Position numbers and translations under genes: made by a program. Below are positions 30,447 through 40,353 of a DNA stretch of 64,000 nt, piece after piece. The stretch is from contig JACRBJ010000018.1 of the NCBI GenBank assembly GCA_016234555.1, positions 18,912 to 82,911 of the forward strand, in the 5' to 3' direction. The notes beneath the pieces are model-generated. The model saw only the letters and a list, made by a program, of their open reading frames with translations, did not search any database and was not told the origin of the DNA. The stretch comes from Chloroflexota bacterium (GTDB lineage: Bacteria > Chloroflexota > Anaerolineae > Anaerolineales > Villigracilaceae). Position 1 is the stretch's first letter, and the number at the start of each line of letters is the position of its first letter.

Positions 30447-31059
30447 TCACACCATCCTTCGGGACGGATTGAGTTCCCTGTTGAGTGTCGAAACAGATAT
30501 TGTGGTGGTTGGCGAGGCGTATGATGAGAATAGCGCAGTCTTACAGGCTGTTGAAAAACACCCCGATGTAATTTTGATGGATATCAGCATGCCGGATTCG
30601 GGCGGTATTGAGGCCACACGACGGATCAAGCAGCTTGTTCCTGAAGCACGGGTCCTTATCCTGACCGTGCATGAAGATAAAGGACTGATGCAGGAGGCAA
30701 TTCGGTCGGGTGCAATGGGATATATTTTAAAGAGGGCGGTCAAAACCGAGTTGATCAATGCCATTCATGTGGTAATGCGCGACGAGTTGTACCTCCACCC
30801 TGCCATGGCGCGCTTGTTGTTATCGGAGCCTCCTGTTCCAGCATTGGCTGCAACCAAGGATGTTCCGGAGCCGCTTACTCAACGCGAGATTGAAGTCCTG
30901 CGTTTAATCGCTCAAGGTTATACCAATACCCGTGCCGCTGAAATCCTCAGTATCAGCGTGCGTACTGTCGAGTATCATCGTGGCAATTTGACAGATAAGT
31001 TAAACCTACACAGCCGGGTCGACTTGATGAGATATGCGGAGCAGAAAGGACTGATTTAA
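30418..31059 (+). CDS. NarL/LuxR-family response regulator
   Basis: IVDDH...LMDISMP REC domain; LTQREIEVLRLIAQG...ISVRTVEYHR helix-turn-helix. Confidence 0.95.
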   Translation: MSIRLLIVDDHTILRDGLSSLLSVETDIVVVGEAYDENSAVLQAVEKHPDVILMDISMPDSGGIEATRRIKQLVPEARVLILTVHEDKGLMQEAIRSGAMGYILKRAVKTELINAIHVVMRDELYLHPAMARLLLSEPPVPALAATKDVPEPLTQREIEVLRLIAQGYTNTRAAEILSISVRTVEYHRGNLTDKLNLHSRVDLMRYAEQKGLI

Positions 31060-31126
31060 AGAGTCCGGATTGTGGGATTTACCTTTCCATCATAACGCAA
31101 GATTGAAAACTTGCGGTTTTTTACCG

Positions 31127-31165
31127 GAAATCAGCTCGTAGAAACTACGAGCTGATTTCTTTTTT
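31127..31165 (+). terminator. Terminator hairpin after the signalling operon
   Basis: GAAATCAGCTCGTAG-AAA-CTACGAGCTGATTTC followed by TTTTTT. Confidence 0.7.
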
Positions 31166-31301
31166 ATGTGGTTTTTTACCAATAAAATCATGAAGAATTT
31201 GTGGGGATATACCGATTAAAACATATCAGTTTCATTGTAAAGTATTAACAAATCTGAAAGGTGTCGGGCCATATTGCCCGTCGAACTTCGTTTGGAGAGA
31301 G

Positions 31302-32126
31302 ATGACTAATCACATCAATGCAATTCCACCCATTCCAAGAGAGACAGAACGTAGTGCAAGAGCAATTTTTGGGCGCAAAAATTTTTACATTCTGGTTGGG
31401 GAAAATTTGGAATCAATCCTGGAAGCGATCCAGCCGGAGCTTTTATTGGGAGCAGGAATAATTCTTCCCCAAATAACCTTCTTCCAATTCCTGGAGGGAC
31501 TGACAGATGTTCAAGCTGTTGAAGCAGTCCGCACACGGCTCGATTGGAAGTTTGCATTACATCTTCCGGTTTATCCTCCAACGCTTCCCGAGAGTGCGTT
31601 GTGCCTTTTCCGCCAACAGACTTTGCAAGATCAGCAATTTCAGCGTGAATTCCAAAGATTAATAGATAATTTTGTCACATTTAATCCCCCGCTAAATGAC
31701 ACATTTGTGGGTTTCATGAATCTGGAATTGGTGTCGCATATATGTACCACAAATCGGGCGTACTGGATTCAAGCGACCATGAGCCAGATGCTTGAAGTAC
31801 TGGCTGTTCGGTTTCCAGATTGGCTACGAAAAGTTACCCTCCCGCATTGGTATGGACGTTACAACTTCCTTATGTCGGCTTTTGAGATGGGAAAGTGGCC
31901 CGACCAACATGAACTTTCAATGGAGGAAATCGCCGCAGATATTGATCATCTTCTTGATGAAATCCATCGGTCAAGCCCGCCTGGGATCAGTGAACTTAAA
32001 GAGGTGAAGGCGCTTGAGAGCGTTTGGAACCAGCAGATCAAAATGCAGTTGACCGATAAATGTGAAATATTGAAATCAAAGGATTGCGATTCCTGTGTCT
32101 ATAGAACAGGATCTAAGGAGGCGTAA
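31302..32126 (+). CDS. IS1182-type transposase N-terminal (DUF772-like) protein lacking the DDE domain
   Basis: IPPIPRETERSARAIF, QFLEGLTD-QAVEAVRTRLDWKFALHL, PDWLR...PHWYGRY match the IS1182-like N-terminal half; ends at 274 aa in CDSC; no terminal inverted repeats seen. Confidence 0.65.
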   Translation: MTNHINAIPPIPRETERSARAIFGRKNFYILVGENLESILEAIQPELLLGAGIILPQITFFQFLEGLTDVQAVEAVRTRLDWKFALHLPVYPPTLPESALCLFRQQTLQDQQFQREFQRLIDNFVTFNPPLNDTFVGFMNLELVSHICTTNRAYWIQATMSQMLEVLAVRFPDWLRKVTLPHWYGRYNFLMSAFEMGKWPDQHELSMEEIAADIDHLLDEIHRSSPPGISELKEVKALESVWNQQIKMQLTDKCEILKSKDCDSCVYRTGSKEA

Positions 32127-32196
32127 AAAATCAAAACGACTCATCACTTTTAAACCATTGACACCTGCTTATCGACTATAGCTCAAGGAGAATACC

Positions 32197-35100
32197 ATGT
32201 TAAGTCGTAAAATACTACTCTCAGTCATATCCCTGCTGGTCGTCACCTCGCTGATGCTGGTGGCGGTCGTGCAGCCAACAGAAGCGCAAAGGTCAACACC
32301 AGTGACCAATGCGCAGGCGCCGGCGCCCGGAGAGACGCCGCATTACTACGGGCCATATCCAAACTGGGCCAACAGCCCGCAAGCGCTCGCAAACGCGATC
32401 GTCACGATCTCCCCGGCGCCCCCGATCCCAACATCGGTTGGGAATCCGCTTGTGGATCGTGCGTATGCCACGGATTTTGTCGCGCCGCCACCTGTTACTC
32501 CTGCCAGTGTTTCTCCAGCTGCGGTTCTTATATATAATGCGAATATAGGCAGCGCCACTGGCGGCACATTCACCTTGAATGTCAGTGGAACCGTCACGGG
32601 ATCCATCGCTTGGAATGCCGCAGCGGTAGACGTCGAAGCGGCGCTCAATGCGCTGGCGGGCGTTTCGTCCACAGTCATCGGCGGCGGCTCAATTGCCGAT
32701 CCGTGGGTTATGACCTTCACAACTGCACCCACGTCGGTCACGTTGGATGGTGCAGGCCTTACTCAGTCTGTTACTGACAGCGCAGCAACTGGCGCTGACA
32801 GTACATACAGCGTTAACGCAGGCAGCGCCACTGGCGGAAGTTTCATACTCGATGTCGATGCCGTGCCTACGGCTCCCATCGCCTGGAATGCGCCAGCCGC
32901 GGATGTTGAAGCTGCACTCTCGTTAATCGGTATTTCTGCGGCGGTCACCGGCAGCGGCTCGGTCGCTGACCCGTGGGTGATCGTCTTTGTAGTTCCACCT
33001 ACATCCATCACAATGGATGGAGCTGGTCTGACCACGGCTGTCACTGACGCAGGCGTGAGCGCTTCCGCAGTAGTCACATACTACGTGAAGATCGGAACTG
33101 CTGTAGGTGGCACTTTTACGCTGAGTGTAAATGGAACGGTCACAGGCGCCATCGCCTGGAATGCCGCCGCCGCCGATGTTGCATCTGCGCTCAACGCTCT
33201 GGCTGGTGTATCAGCCACGGTCCTCGGCAGCGGCACAGACGCCGATCCCTGGGTTGTCACTTTTGCAGCGGCACCCACGTCGGTCACGATTGACAACACC
33301 GCTCTTACTCAGCCGTCTGCACTCGTCCCCGTATTGGTGGTTGTCCCAGCGGCGCTGCCGAACGGAACGCTGCAAGCCTTCGAGACCTGGAACCAAGCAA
33401 CTGCGGGAGGAAGCCCCACTCCCTCAGCGGGGCAATCGTTCCACGCCTATATATTGCGACCGGTCGCTGGAACCACTGACCAGTATGAGGTGGTCTTCGA
33501 TACTGGTTTGCTTGTGGTGCCGGCGCTCACCGCCCCCGGAGTAAGCGCGGTGGCTACCTTCCCGGTCGCGAATATTCCTGTGCTGGCGGGTGATGTGATC
33601 GCTTTCTACGGTGCGGGCATCCCTGTCGACACAGGAACTGGTCCTGACCTTTTCAGTTTCCCTGCTCCTAATGCGCCTGTACAAGGCAACACGATCACAG
33701 TTGGCGATCCGTCCACCTTCCCGCTGTATGGGCAGGCACGGACGTATTCCTTCTCAGCCAATGTTATGCCGACCATACCTCCTCCCGGAATAGCCGCAGA
33801 AGCAACTGCCACTGTCAACCCGAGTACCGGCGGCATCTCGTCCATAACTGTCATCAACCCGGGCAATGGCTATGTCACCGCCCCGATCGTTTCGATCACC
33901 TCTCCGGGTATGACCCCCACGACACAAGCCAGTGCGGTAGCACAAATCTCGACTGGTGTCCTCACCAACATCGCGGTGGTTGAGTCCGGGTTCGGATTCA
34001 CTACTCCTGAAGTCACGATCACGGGTGGCAACCCCACACCTGGCTTCAATGCCACAGCCGTTGCAAGTGGCGGCGTGGATGACCTCGTTTTAACCTCCGG
34101 CGGAAGCGGCTACACCATCCAGCCAGTTGTCCAATTCTCGCTCCCGCAACTGCCCGGCGGTGTTCAAGCAACCGGGTCAGCGACCATGGACGCGAACGGA
34201 GTTGTTGATGGAGTCGCCATTGTGGACCCAGGCTCCGGATATACTTCCGCTCCGACGGTCACGATCTGGGACGGAGACTTCACTCTCGCAGCCACAACCC
34301 CAGCCACCGCTGTTGCGACCATCGGTATTAACCAGATCGATTTGACCTCCGGCGGCCAGGGCTACGACACTGTGCCAACCGTGGATATCGTCGACCTGGG
34401 CGGAACCTCAACCGTACCTGCCAGCGCCGAAGCAACAATCGCAGTCCGAGGTGCCGTTACAGCCATTAACGTCACCAATCCAGGCGCTGGATATATCACG
34501 CCCGGCCTCAAGAAATTCGTGGATACGCTGCCCGGCCTCGGACCGACAGCCGCGAACAACCTCGGCCAATACATCCCGGTGGCTGTCGCCGATACCACCA
34601 CCTACCCCGGCTCGGACTACTACGAGATCGCGGTGGTCCAATACCGCATGAAGTTCCACAGCAGCCTGGCGCCCACACTGCTGCGCGGCTATGTCCAGCT
34701 CTCGACCAGCGTGGTGCCCGGGAAACATGTTGCCCTTGGCAACGCGAATTTAGATCCAGCCCTTCCCGATACCCCCATCCTCCTGCCCGATGGCAGCCAG
34801 GCCTATGGCGCCGATGACCCTCACTATCTTGGACCGACGATCGTCGCCACCAAAGATAGACCGGTGCGAATCCTGTTCCGTAACCTGCTGCCGACCGGCA
34901 CACCCGGCGATCTTTTCCTGCCCGTGGATAGCACTTTGATGGGCGCTGGCCCCGGCCCGACCATGATGACACTGGATGCCAATGGCGTGCCCGTTGAAAT
35001 GTTCCCGGATGAAGGCACTGTTTATGACAGAATCCGCAACCCGATGTGCAATGAAACCCCCAAGCCGGAGGGTTGCTTTGCGGATAACCGCGCCACCCTG

Positions 35101-38100
35101 CATCTGCACGGCGGCATCACCCCGTGGATCAGCGACGGTACCCCGCATCAGTGGACCACCCCCGCGGGTGAAACCACCCCGTATCCAAAGGGTGTCAGTG
35201 TTAGCAACGTCCCCGATATGCCCGATCCGGGCCCTGGGGCAATCACCTTCTTCTATACCAACCAGCAGAGTGCACGCTTGCTGTTCTACCACGACCATGC
35301 CTGGGGCATCACCCGCCTGAATGTTTATGCAGGTGAAGCCGCCGGCTACCTGATCACCGATGATATTGAACAGCAACTGATAGGCACAGGCGGCGCTCTT
35401 GCAGGTTTGGGCCTTGGCACGCCGCTCATCATCCAGGATAAGACCTTCCTGCCCAGCCCGGCTGCGGTGGCCCAACAAGACCCAACCTGGAATTACAACC
35501 GCTGGGGCGGCGAGGGCAGCCTTTGGGCACCCCATGTTTACATGCCCGCCCAGAACCCAAGCGACCCCACGGGCATGAGCGCCTTCGGACGCTGGATGTA
35601 CGGACCGTTCTTCTGGCCGCCCGCCAACGCCGATTACCCGCCAATTGCCAACCCCTACTATGACCCGGCTTGTGACCCTAACGTCGAGCCGTTCTGCGAA
35701 CCCGCGCTGATTCCGGGCACGCCAAACATCTCCGTGGGTATGGAAGCCTTCAATGACACCCCCCTGGTCAATGGCGCGGTCTACCCGACCACCACAGTTC
35801 AACCAAAGGCATATCGTTACCGCATCCTCAACGCGGCGAATGACCGCTTCTGGAACCTCTCGTGGTATGTAGCTGACCCAAGGACAGGCACTCTCAGCGA
35901 AGTTGCCCTGAACCCAGCCGAGGTTGCAGCCGCACAGACCGACCCGGTCGTCTTCCCGACGCCGGACACAACCTGGAGCCCGAAGGGTCCGAACTGGATC
36001 CAGATCGGCACCGAAGGCGGATTCCTGCCTGCTCCAGTCGTAATTCCCGCACAACCCACCACCTGGATCACCGACCCGACCCGCTTCGATGTGGGTAATG
36101 TCGACCAGCACTCACTGCTTCTGGCGCCCGCTGAACGCGCCGATGTGATCGTTGACTTCTCGCAGTTCCGCGGCAAGACCCTGATCCTCTATAACGACGC
36201 TCCCGCCGCTTTCCCGGCGCGCGTCCCCGGTTACGATTACTACACGGGCGGACCAGACCTTTCACCGTCCGGCGCCCCCAGCACCCTGGCGGGCTATGGT
36301 CCCAACACCCGCACCATCATGCAGGTCAAGGTCTCAAATACAGCCCCCGCGGTTGCATTTGATCGCCCCGGTACGACTGCCGACAGAATGGGCGCCCTCG
36401 TGACAGCCTTCGCCCATCACGCTGATGGCTCTGGCGTCTTCGAAAAAGGCCAGAACCCGATCACGGTCGGACAGGCAGCTTACAACTCAGCCTACGGCAC
36501 CAACTTCGCAGGCAGCGGCTGGTGCAGCGCTCCCACCAACCCGTCAGCCAGGTGCGATGGATATGCGCGAATTTCAGAGCAGGGAGGCGACCTTTTCAAG
36601 TTCGACACCCTCGCAGGTCCGCAGTTGGCAATCCCACTCGAGCCAAAGGGTATTCACGATGAGATGAACTCGGCCAATTTTGACGAGTTCGGGCGCATGA
36701 GTGCCAATATCGGCCTTGAAGCGCCGGGTGCAACACCGCTCACGCAGAACATCATTCTCTATCCATACGTGAACCCAGTGACCGAGATCCTGGACTCAAC
36801 CAACATGCCGAGCAGCCTGAACGTGACCCCCATTTCCGTGGCTTCTGATGGGACACAGATCTGGAAGATCACCCACAATGGCGTGGATACGCACCCGATC
36901 CACTTCCATTTATATGACATTCAACTGCTCAATCGCGTCGCCTGGGATAACATCATCAGCCCGCCCGATCCCAATGAGCTTGGCTGGAAGGATACGATCC
37001 GGGTCAACCCGCTCCAAGACACTTACGTGGCGATTCGTCCCATCGTGCCAGTGCTCCCGTTTGCCCTCCCTGATAGCATAAGACCGCTCAACCCGATGAT
37101 GCCACTCGGCGCCAGGGGAGCACAGAACGGCGTCAACGGGAATGAAGCCGGATTCAACAACACCAATGCCCTCGGTCAGCCCATCGCACCGATCGTTAAT
37201 GAAATGACCAACTTCTTCTGGGAATATGTGTGGCACTGCCACATCCTCAGCCATGAAGAAATGGATATGATGCGACCGGTTTCGGTGTACGTGCCTCGGA
37301 CACTCCCTGACACGCCTGTCCTCACTTTCACACGAGGCAGCGTCATCCTCAACTGGACAGATGGCACACCCGTCAGCTATACCGACCTCACCACTTGGGG
37401 TAACCCCAAGAACGAAATTGGCTTCCGCATCGAGCGCGCGCCAATTGGAAATAACGGCGTGGTCGGAACCTATGAAGTCATTACGACAGTCCCGGCGAAT
37501 ACCACCACCTATACCGACCTGACGCCGATCACAGGCCAGGGTTTCAGCTACCGCGTGATCGCTTTCAACGCGGCTGCCGGTGAATCGATATCGAATGTTG
37601 TAACCGTCTTTGCTCCTCCGCCAGCAGATCCGACCGGCCTGGTTGCTACAGCCATTAATACCAATCGCGTGGATTTGGCCTGGACTGACAATGCCACGAC
37701 CGAGACCGGTTTCCGCATCGAGCGCTGCACAGGCGTTGGTTGTACCAACTTCACCAGCCTTGATGGAGTGGGATCGGATATTACTGCCTACACTGACCCG
37801 GACGTCACCCCCAACACAACTTATTCCTACCGTGTGTTTGCCTTCAACCTGGGAGGCGACTCTGGTGCATCCAACATTGCTACTGTCACAACCCCGGACG
37901 TACCGCCTGCGGCTCCTTCCGTTTTGACTGCGGTATTGCAGAACGGTCCCCAGGTCGGTCTGGCATGGACTGATAATGCCAATAACGAGACCAGCTTCGT
38001 GGTTGAACGATCTGACAATAGCGGAGCCTTTGCGGCGCTTGTTACATTGCCTGCGAACACAGTCAGCTATGCGGATGCCACAGTAGTTGCTGGTAACACA

Positions 38101-39615
38101 TACACCTATCGTGTAATGGCTGCAAATGCAGGAGGTCCGTCGGCTTACTCGAATATGGCCAGTGTGACACTCCCTCCGGTCGCTCCAACCAACCTGGTAT
38201 ACACATTGCTCACCAATCCAGCGCGAGTCAGACTGACCTGGCTTGATAACGCCACCACCGAGACCGGTTTCCGCATCGAGCGCTGCACAGGCGTTGGTTG
38301 TACCAACTTCACCAGCCTTAATGGGGTGGGATCGGATATCACTGCCTACATCGACCCGGACGTCACCCCCAACACAACTTATTCCTACCGTGTGTTTGCC
38401 TTCAACGTGGGAGGCGACTCTAGTGCATCCAACATTGTTACTGTCACAACCCCGGATGTGCCGCCAACGGCTCCTTCCGTTTTGACTGCAGTATTGCAGA
38501 ACGGTCCCCAGGTCGGTCTGGCATGGACTGATAATGCCAATAACGAGACCAGCTTCGTGGTTGAACGATCTGACAATAGCGGAGCCTTTGCGGCGCTTGT
38601 TACATTGCCCGCCAACACAGTCAGCTATGCGGATGCCACAGTAGTTGCTGGAAACACATACACCTATCGTGTAATGGCTGCAAATGCAGGAGGTCCGTCG
38701 GCTTACTCGAATACGGCCAGTGTGACGCTGACTGCCTCTCCGGCCGCTCCAACCAACCTGGTATACACATTGCTCATCAATCCAACACGAGTCAGACTGA
38801 CCTGGCTTGATAACGCCACCACCGAGACTGGCTTTGTGGTTGAGCGCTCTGTCAACGGCGGCGCTTACGCTCTTGTTACCACCGTCCCAGCCAGAGCCGG
38901 CACAAGCAATGTGACTTTTACAGCCGACGGTGTAACATCTGGCAATATCTACTCCTATCGGGTTGCGGCAATAAATGGATTTGGCTCTTCAGCTTACTCG
39001 AACGTTGTCACCGTAACCATTGGCAGCATTCCTGCCGCTCCAACCAACCTGGTTGGCGCTTTGTTGAATGACCCGCTCCGGATCCGCCTGACATGGAGAG
39101 ATAACGCCAACGACGAAGGCGGCTTCGAACTTGAACGATCCGCCAACGGTGGAGCCTTCACCCTGCTCGCAACTGTCCCGGTTAGAAATGGCACAGGTAC
39201 CGACGTGACTTACAACGACATCACAGCGCTGGTAGGCAATACCTACCAATACAGGGTAAAGGCTGTGGCTGTGAATGGAATAGACTCATCGGCTTACTCG
39301 AACACAATTGCCATGGGTAAAATTTTGGCGGCTCCCTCCAACTTTGCAGGTACGGCTGTGGTAAGCGGCGACAATGCTACTGTCACGCTCACTTGGGCTG
39401 ACAACTCCACCGACGAGACCAGCTTCCAGATTCAGCGCGCCACAAACATTTACTTCACAGCTAGACAGAATACCAATACAGTCGGCGCCAACTCAACCAC
39501 CTATGTCGAAACGCGGCCTCGTAACGTAAGTTACTATTACCGAATCCGCGCGGTCAATGCCGTAGGTGTATCCGCTTGGGTAAACATCACCCCCTTCCCA
39601 ATCGTTACACCATAA
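32197..39615 (+). CDS. Giant secreted multicopper oxidase (OmpB/MofA-like) with repeat inserts and 8 FN3 domains
   Basis: Signal peptide; copper motifs HLHGG, FYHDH, HPIHFH, WHCHILSHEEMDMM; KKFVDTLPGLG...NNLGQYIPVA; FN3 repeats with W-DN...E-GF--ER...Y-YRV-A-N. Confidence 0.9.
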   Translation: MLSRKILLSVISLLVVTSLMLVAVVQPTEAQRSTPVTNAQAPAPGETPHYYGPYPNWANSPQALANAIVTISPAPPIPTSVGNPLVDRAYATDFVAPPPVTPASVSPAAVLIYNANIGSATGGTFTLNVSGTVTGSIAWNAAAVDVEAALNALAGVSSTVIGGGSIADPWVMTFTTAPTSVTLDGAGLTQSVTDSAATGADSTYSVNAGSATGGSFILDVDAVPTAPIAWNAPAADVEAALSLIGISAAVTGSGSVADPWVIVFVVPPTSITMDGAGLTTAVTDAGVSASAVVTYYVKIGTAVGGTFTLSVNGTVTGAIAWNAAAADVASALNALAGVSATVLGSGTDADPWVVTFAAAPTSVTIDNTALTQPSALVPVLVVVPAALPNGTLQAFETWNQATAGGSPTPSAGQSFHAYILRPVAGTTDQYEVVFDTGLLVVPALTAPGVSAVATFPVANIPVLAGDVIAFYGAGIPVDTGTGPDLFSFPAPNAPVQGNTITVGDPSTFPLYGQARTYSFSANVMPTIPPPGIAAEATATVNPSTGGISSITVINPGNGYVTAPIVSITSPGMTPTTQASAVAQISTGVLTNIAVVESGFGFTTPEVTITGGNPTPGFNATAVASGGVDDLVLTSGGSGYTIQPVVQFSLPQLPGGVQATGSATMDANGVVDGVAIVDPGSGYTSAPTVTIWDGDFTLAATTPATAVATIGINQIDLTSGGQGYDTVPTVDIVDLGGTSTVPASAEATIAVRGAVTAINVTNPGAGYITPGLKKFVDTLPGLGPTAANNLGQYIPVAVADTTTYPGSDYYEIAVVQYRMKFHSSLAPTLLRGYVQLSTSVVPGKHVALGNANLDPALPDTPILLPDGSQAYGADDPHYLGPTIVATKDRPVRILFRNLLPTGTPGDLFLPVDSTLMGAGPGPTMMTLDANGVPVEMFPDEGTVYDRIRNPMCNETPKPEGCFADNRATLHLHGGITPWISDGTPHQWTTPAGETTPYPKGVSVSNVPDMPDPGPGAITFFYTNQQSARLLFYHDHAWGITRLNVYAGEAAGYLITDDIEQQLIGTGGALAGLGLGTPLIIQDKTFLPSPAAVAQQDPTWNYNRWGGEGSLWAPHVYMPAQNPSDPTGMSAFGRWMYGPFFWPPANADYPPIANPYYDPACDPNVEPFCEPALIPGTPNISVGMEAFNDTPLVNGAVYPTTTVQPKAYRYRILNAANDRFWNLSWYVADPRTGTLSEVALNPAEVAAAQTDPVVFPTPDTTWSPKGPNWIQIGTEGGFLPAPVVIPAQPTTWITDPTRFDVGNVDQHSLLLAPAERADVIVDFSQFRGKTLILYNDAPAAFPARVPGYDYYTGGPDLSPSGAPSTLAGYGPNTRTIMQVKVSNTAPAVAFDRPGTTADRMGALVTAFAHHADGSGVFEKGQNPITVGQAAYNSAYGTNFAGSGWCSAPTNPSARCDGYARISEQGGDLFKFDTLAGPQLAIPLEPKGIHDEMNSANFDEFGRMSANIGLEAPGATPLTQNIILYPYVNPVTEILDSTNMPSSLNVTPISVASDGTQIWKITHNGVDTHPIHFHLYDIQLLNRVAWDNIISPPDPNELGWKDTIRVNPLQDTYVAIRPIVPVLPFALPDSIRPLNPMMPLGARGAQNGVNGNEAGFNNTNALGQPIAPIVNEMTNFFWEYVWHCHILSHEEMDMMRPVSVYVPRTLPDTPVLTFTRGSVILNWTDGTPVSYTDLTTWGNPKNEIGFRIERAPIGNNGVVGTYEVITTVPANTTTYTDLTPITGQGFSYRVIAFNAAAGESISNVVTVFAPPPADPTGLVATAINTNRVDLAWTDNATTETGFRIERCTGVGCTNFTSLDGVGSDITAYTDPDVTPNTTYSYRVFAFNLGGDSGASNIATVTTPDVPPAAPSVLTAVLQNGPQVGLAWTDNANNETSFVVERSDNSGAFAALVTLPANTVSYADATVVAGNTYTYRVMAANAGGPSAYSNMASVTLPPVAPTNLVYTLLTNPARVRLTWLDNATTETGFRIERCTGVGCTNFTSLNGVGSDITAYIDPDVTPNTTYSYRVFAFNVGGDSSASNIVTVTTPDVPPTAPSVLTAVLQNGPQVGLAWTDNANNETSFVVERSDNSGAFAALVTLPANTVSYADATVVAGNTYTYRVMAANAGGPSAYSNTASVTLTASPAAPTNLVYTLLINPTRVRLTWLDNATTETGFVVERSVNGGAYALVTTVPARAGTSNVTFTADGVTSGNIYSYRVAAINGFGSSAYSNVVTVTIGSIPAAPTNLVGALLNDPLRIRLTWRDNANDEGGFELERSANGGAFTLLATVPVRNGTGTDVTYNDITALVGNTYQYRVKAVAVNGIDSSAYSNTIAMGKILAAPSNFAGTAVVSGDNATVTLTWADNSTDETSFQIQRATNIYFTARQNTNTVGANSTTYVETRPRNVSYYYRIRAVNAVGVSAWVNITPFPIVTP
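37690..38828 (+). repeat. Intragenic tandem duplication of two FN3 domains
   Basis: Near-identical DNA with ~558-564 bp period (e.g. CGAGACCGGTTTCCGCATCGAGCGCTGCACAGG at 37701 and 38259). Confidence 0.9.
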
Positions 39616-39627
39616 CCCTTTAGTAAA

Positions 39628-39660
39628 TTTCCGTCGCCAGCCCCATGCTGGCGACGGAAA
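39628..39660. terminator. Hairpin after the multicopper oxidase gene
   Basis: TTTCCGTCGCCAGC-CCCAT-GCTGGCGACGGAAA; no U-tract on the plus strand. Confidence 0.5.
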
Positions 39661-39810
39661 AGGGAAGAGAGAGGAGACTTTAGTGGTTTGAGCGCTCTGG
39701 GGAGCGAACGTTCGTTCCCCAGAGCAAAACAAAAAGACAAAGTGAAGTAGCGCCTCGCATAAAAATATATTTACTTACCTTCCTTATTAGCAATACATTT
39801 ATCTCAACTT

Positions 39811-40295
39811 TCATAAAAGATGCGAACTAGGCAAGAGGAATATATGAGCAAAAAACTATATCGAGTGAGAGTGGTTTTGTTCGTGATGGCGGAGAACGAA
39901 TCGGATGCTTGCGTGGCTGCCACCCAGGCGAGATTCGACATCTTCGAATGCACTGCCAGAAAGGCAAAAAATATCGACCCGGAATGGAAGGATGCCATCC
40001 CGTACAATGCCGACGATGAGCGCGTCTGCTCGGAGATTTTGACAAACAACCAGCAGGCTGTTTGTTCCCGTACCTACCCTATGAAGCTGTCTCAATATGT
40101 AAAGGCACCTGCATCAGGGTCTTCGATGTCGGCGATCCCCCCATCCCGATTGGATAACAACTCTAAAAATTTAGTGGTCAGTCAAAGGTTGTCCCAATAA
40201 CACAACAATAGAAAATGATTGTATTACCCAGCCGAGAGAATCTTTATTTAAAGGTTTGAGAGCTCTGGCGAGCGAGTCCGCTTTTCAGAGCAAAA
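39811..40295 (+). repeat. Direct-repeat cassette copy 1 (small ORF plus hairpin)
   Basis: Similar to 41641-42128 from TCATAAAAGATGCGA to GGTTTGAGAGCTCTGG...CAGAGCAAAA. Confidence 0.85.
39844..40200 (+). CDS. Small hypothetical protein, copy 1
   Basis: GAGGAA RBS then MSKKLYRVRVVLFVMAENESDACVAA; paralog at 41674. Confidence 0.55.
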   Translation: MSKKLYRVRVVLFVMAENESDACVAATQARFDIFECTARKAKNIDPEWKDAIPYNADDERVCSEILTNNQQAVCSRTYPMKLSQYVKAPASGSSMSAIPPSRLDNNSKNLVVSQRLSQ

Positions 40296-40353
40296 TAAGA
40301 TAATCGACTCATATTTTGAACATTCCTAAAATCTCAGAGAAAGGAAAATTGCG

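Noticed and set aside
31302-32126. Active IS element
   Set aside because: No DDE catalytic domain, terminal inverted repeats or target duplication visible
34750-36111. Long minus-strand ORF (453 aa); likewise 24997-26112, 54136-55035 and plus-strand ORFs in 131-1323
   Set aside because: Antisense shadows of well-supported genes, expected from codon bias; no motifs or RBS
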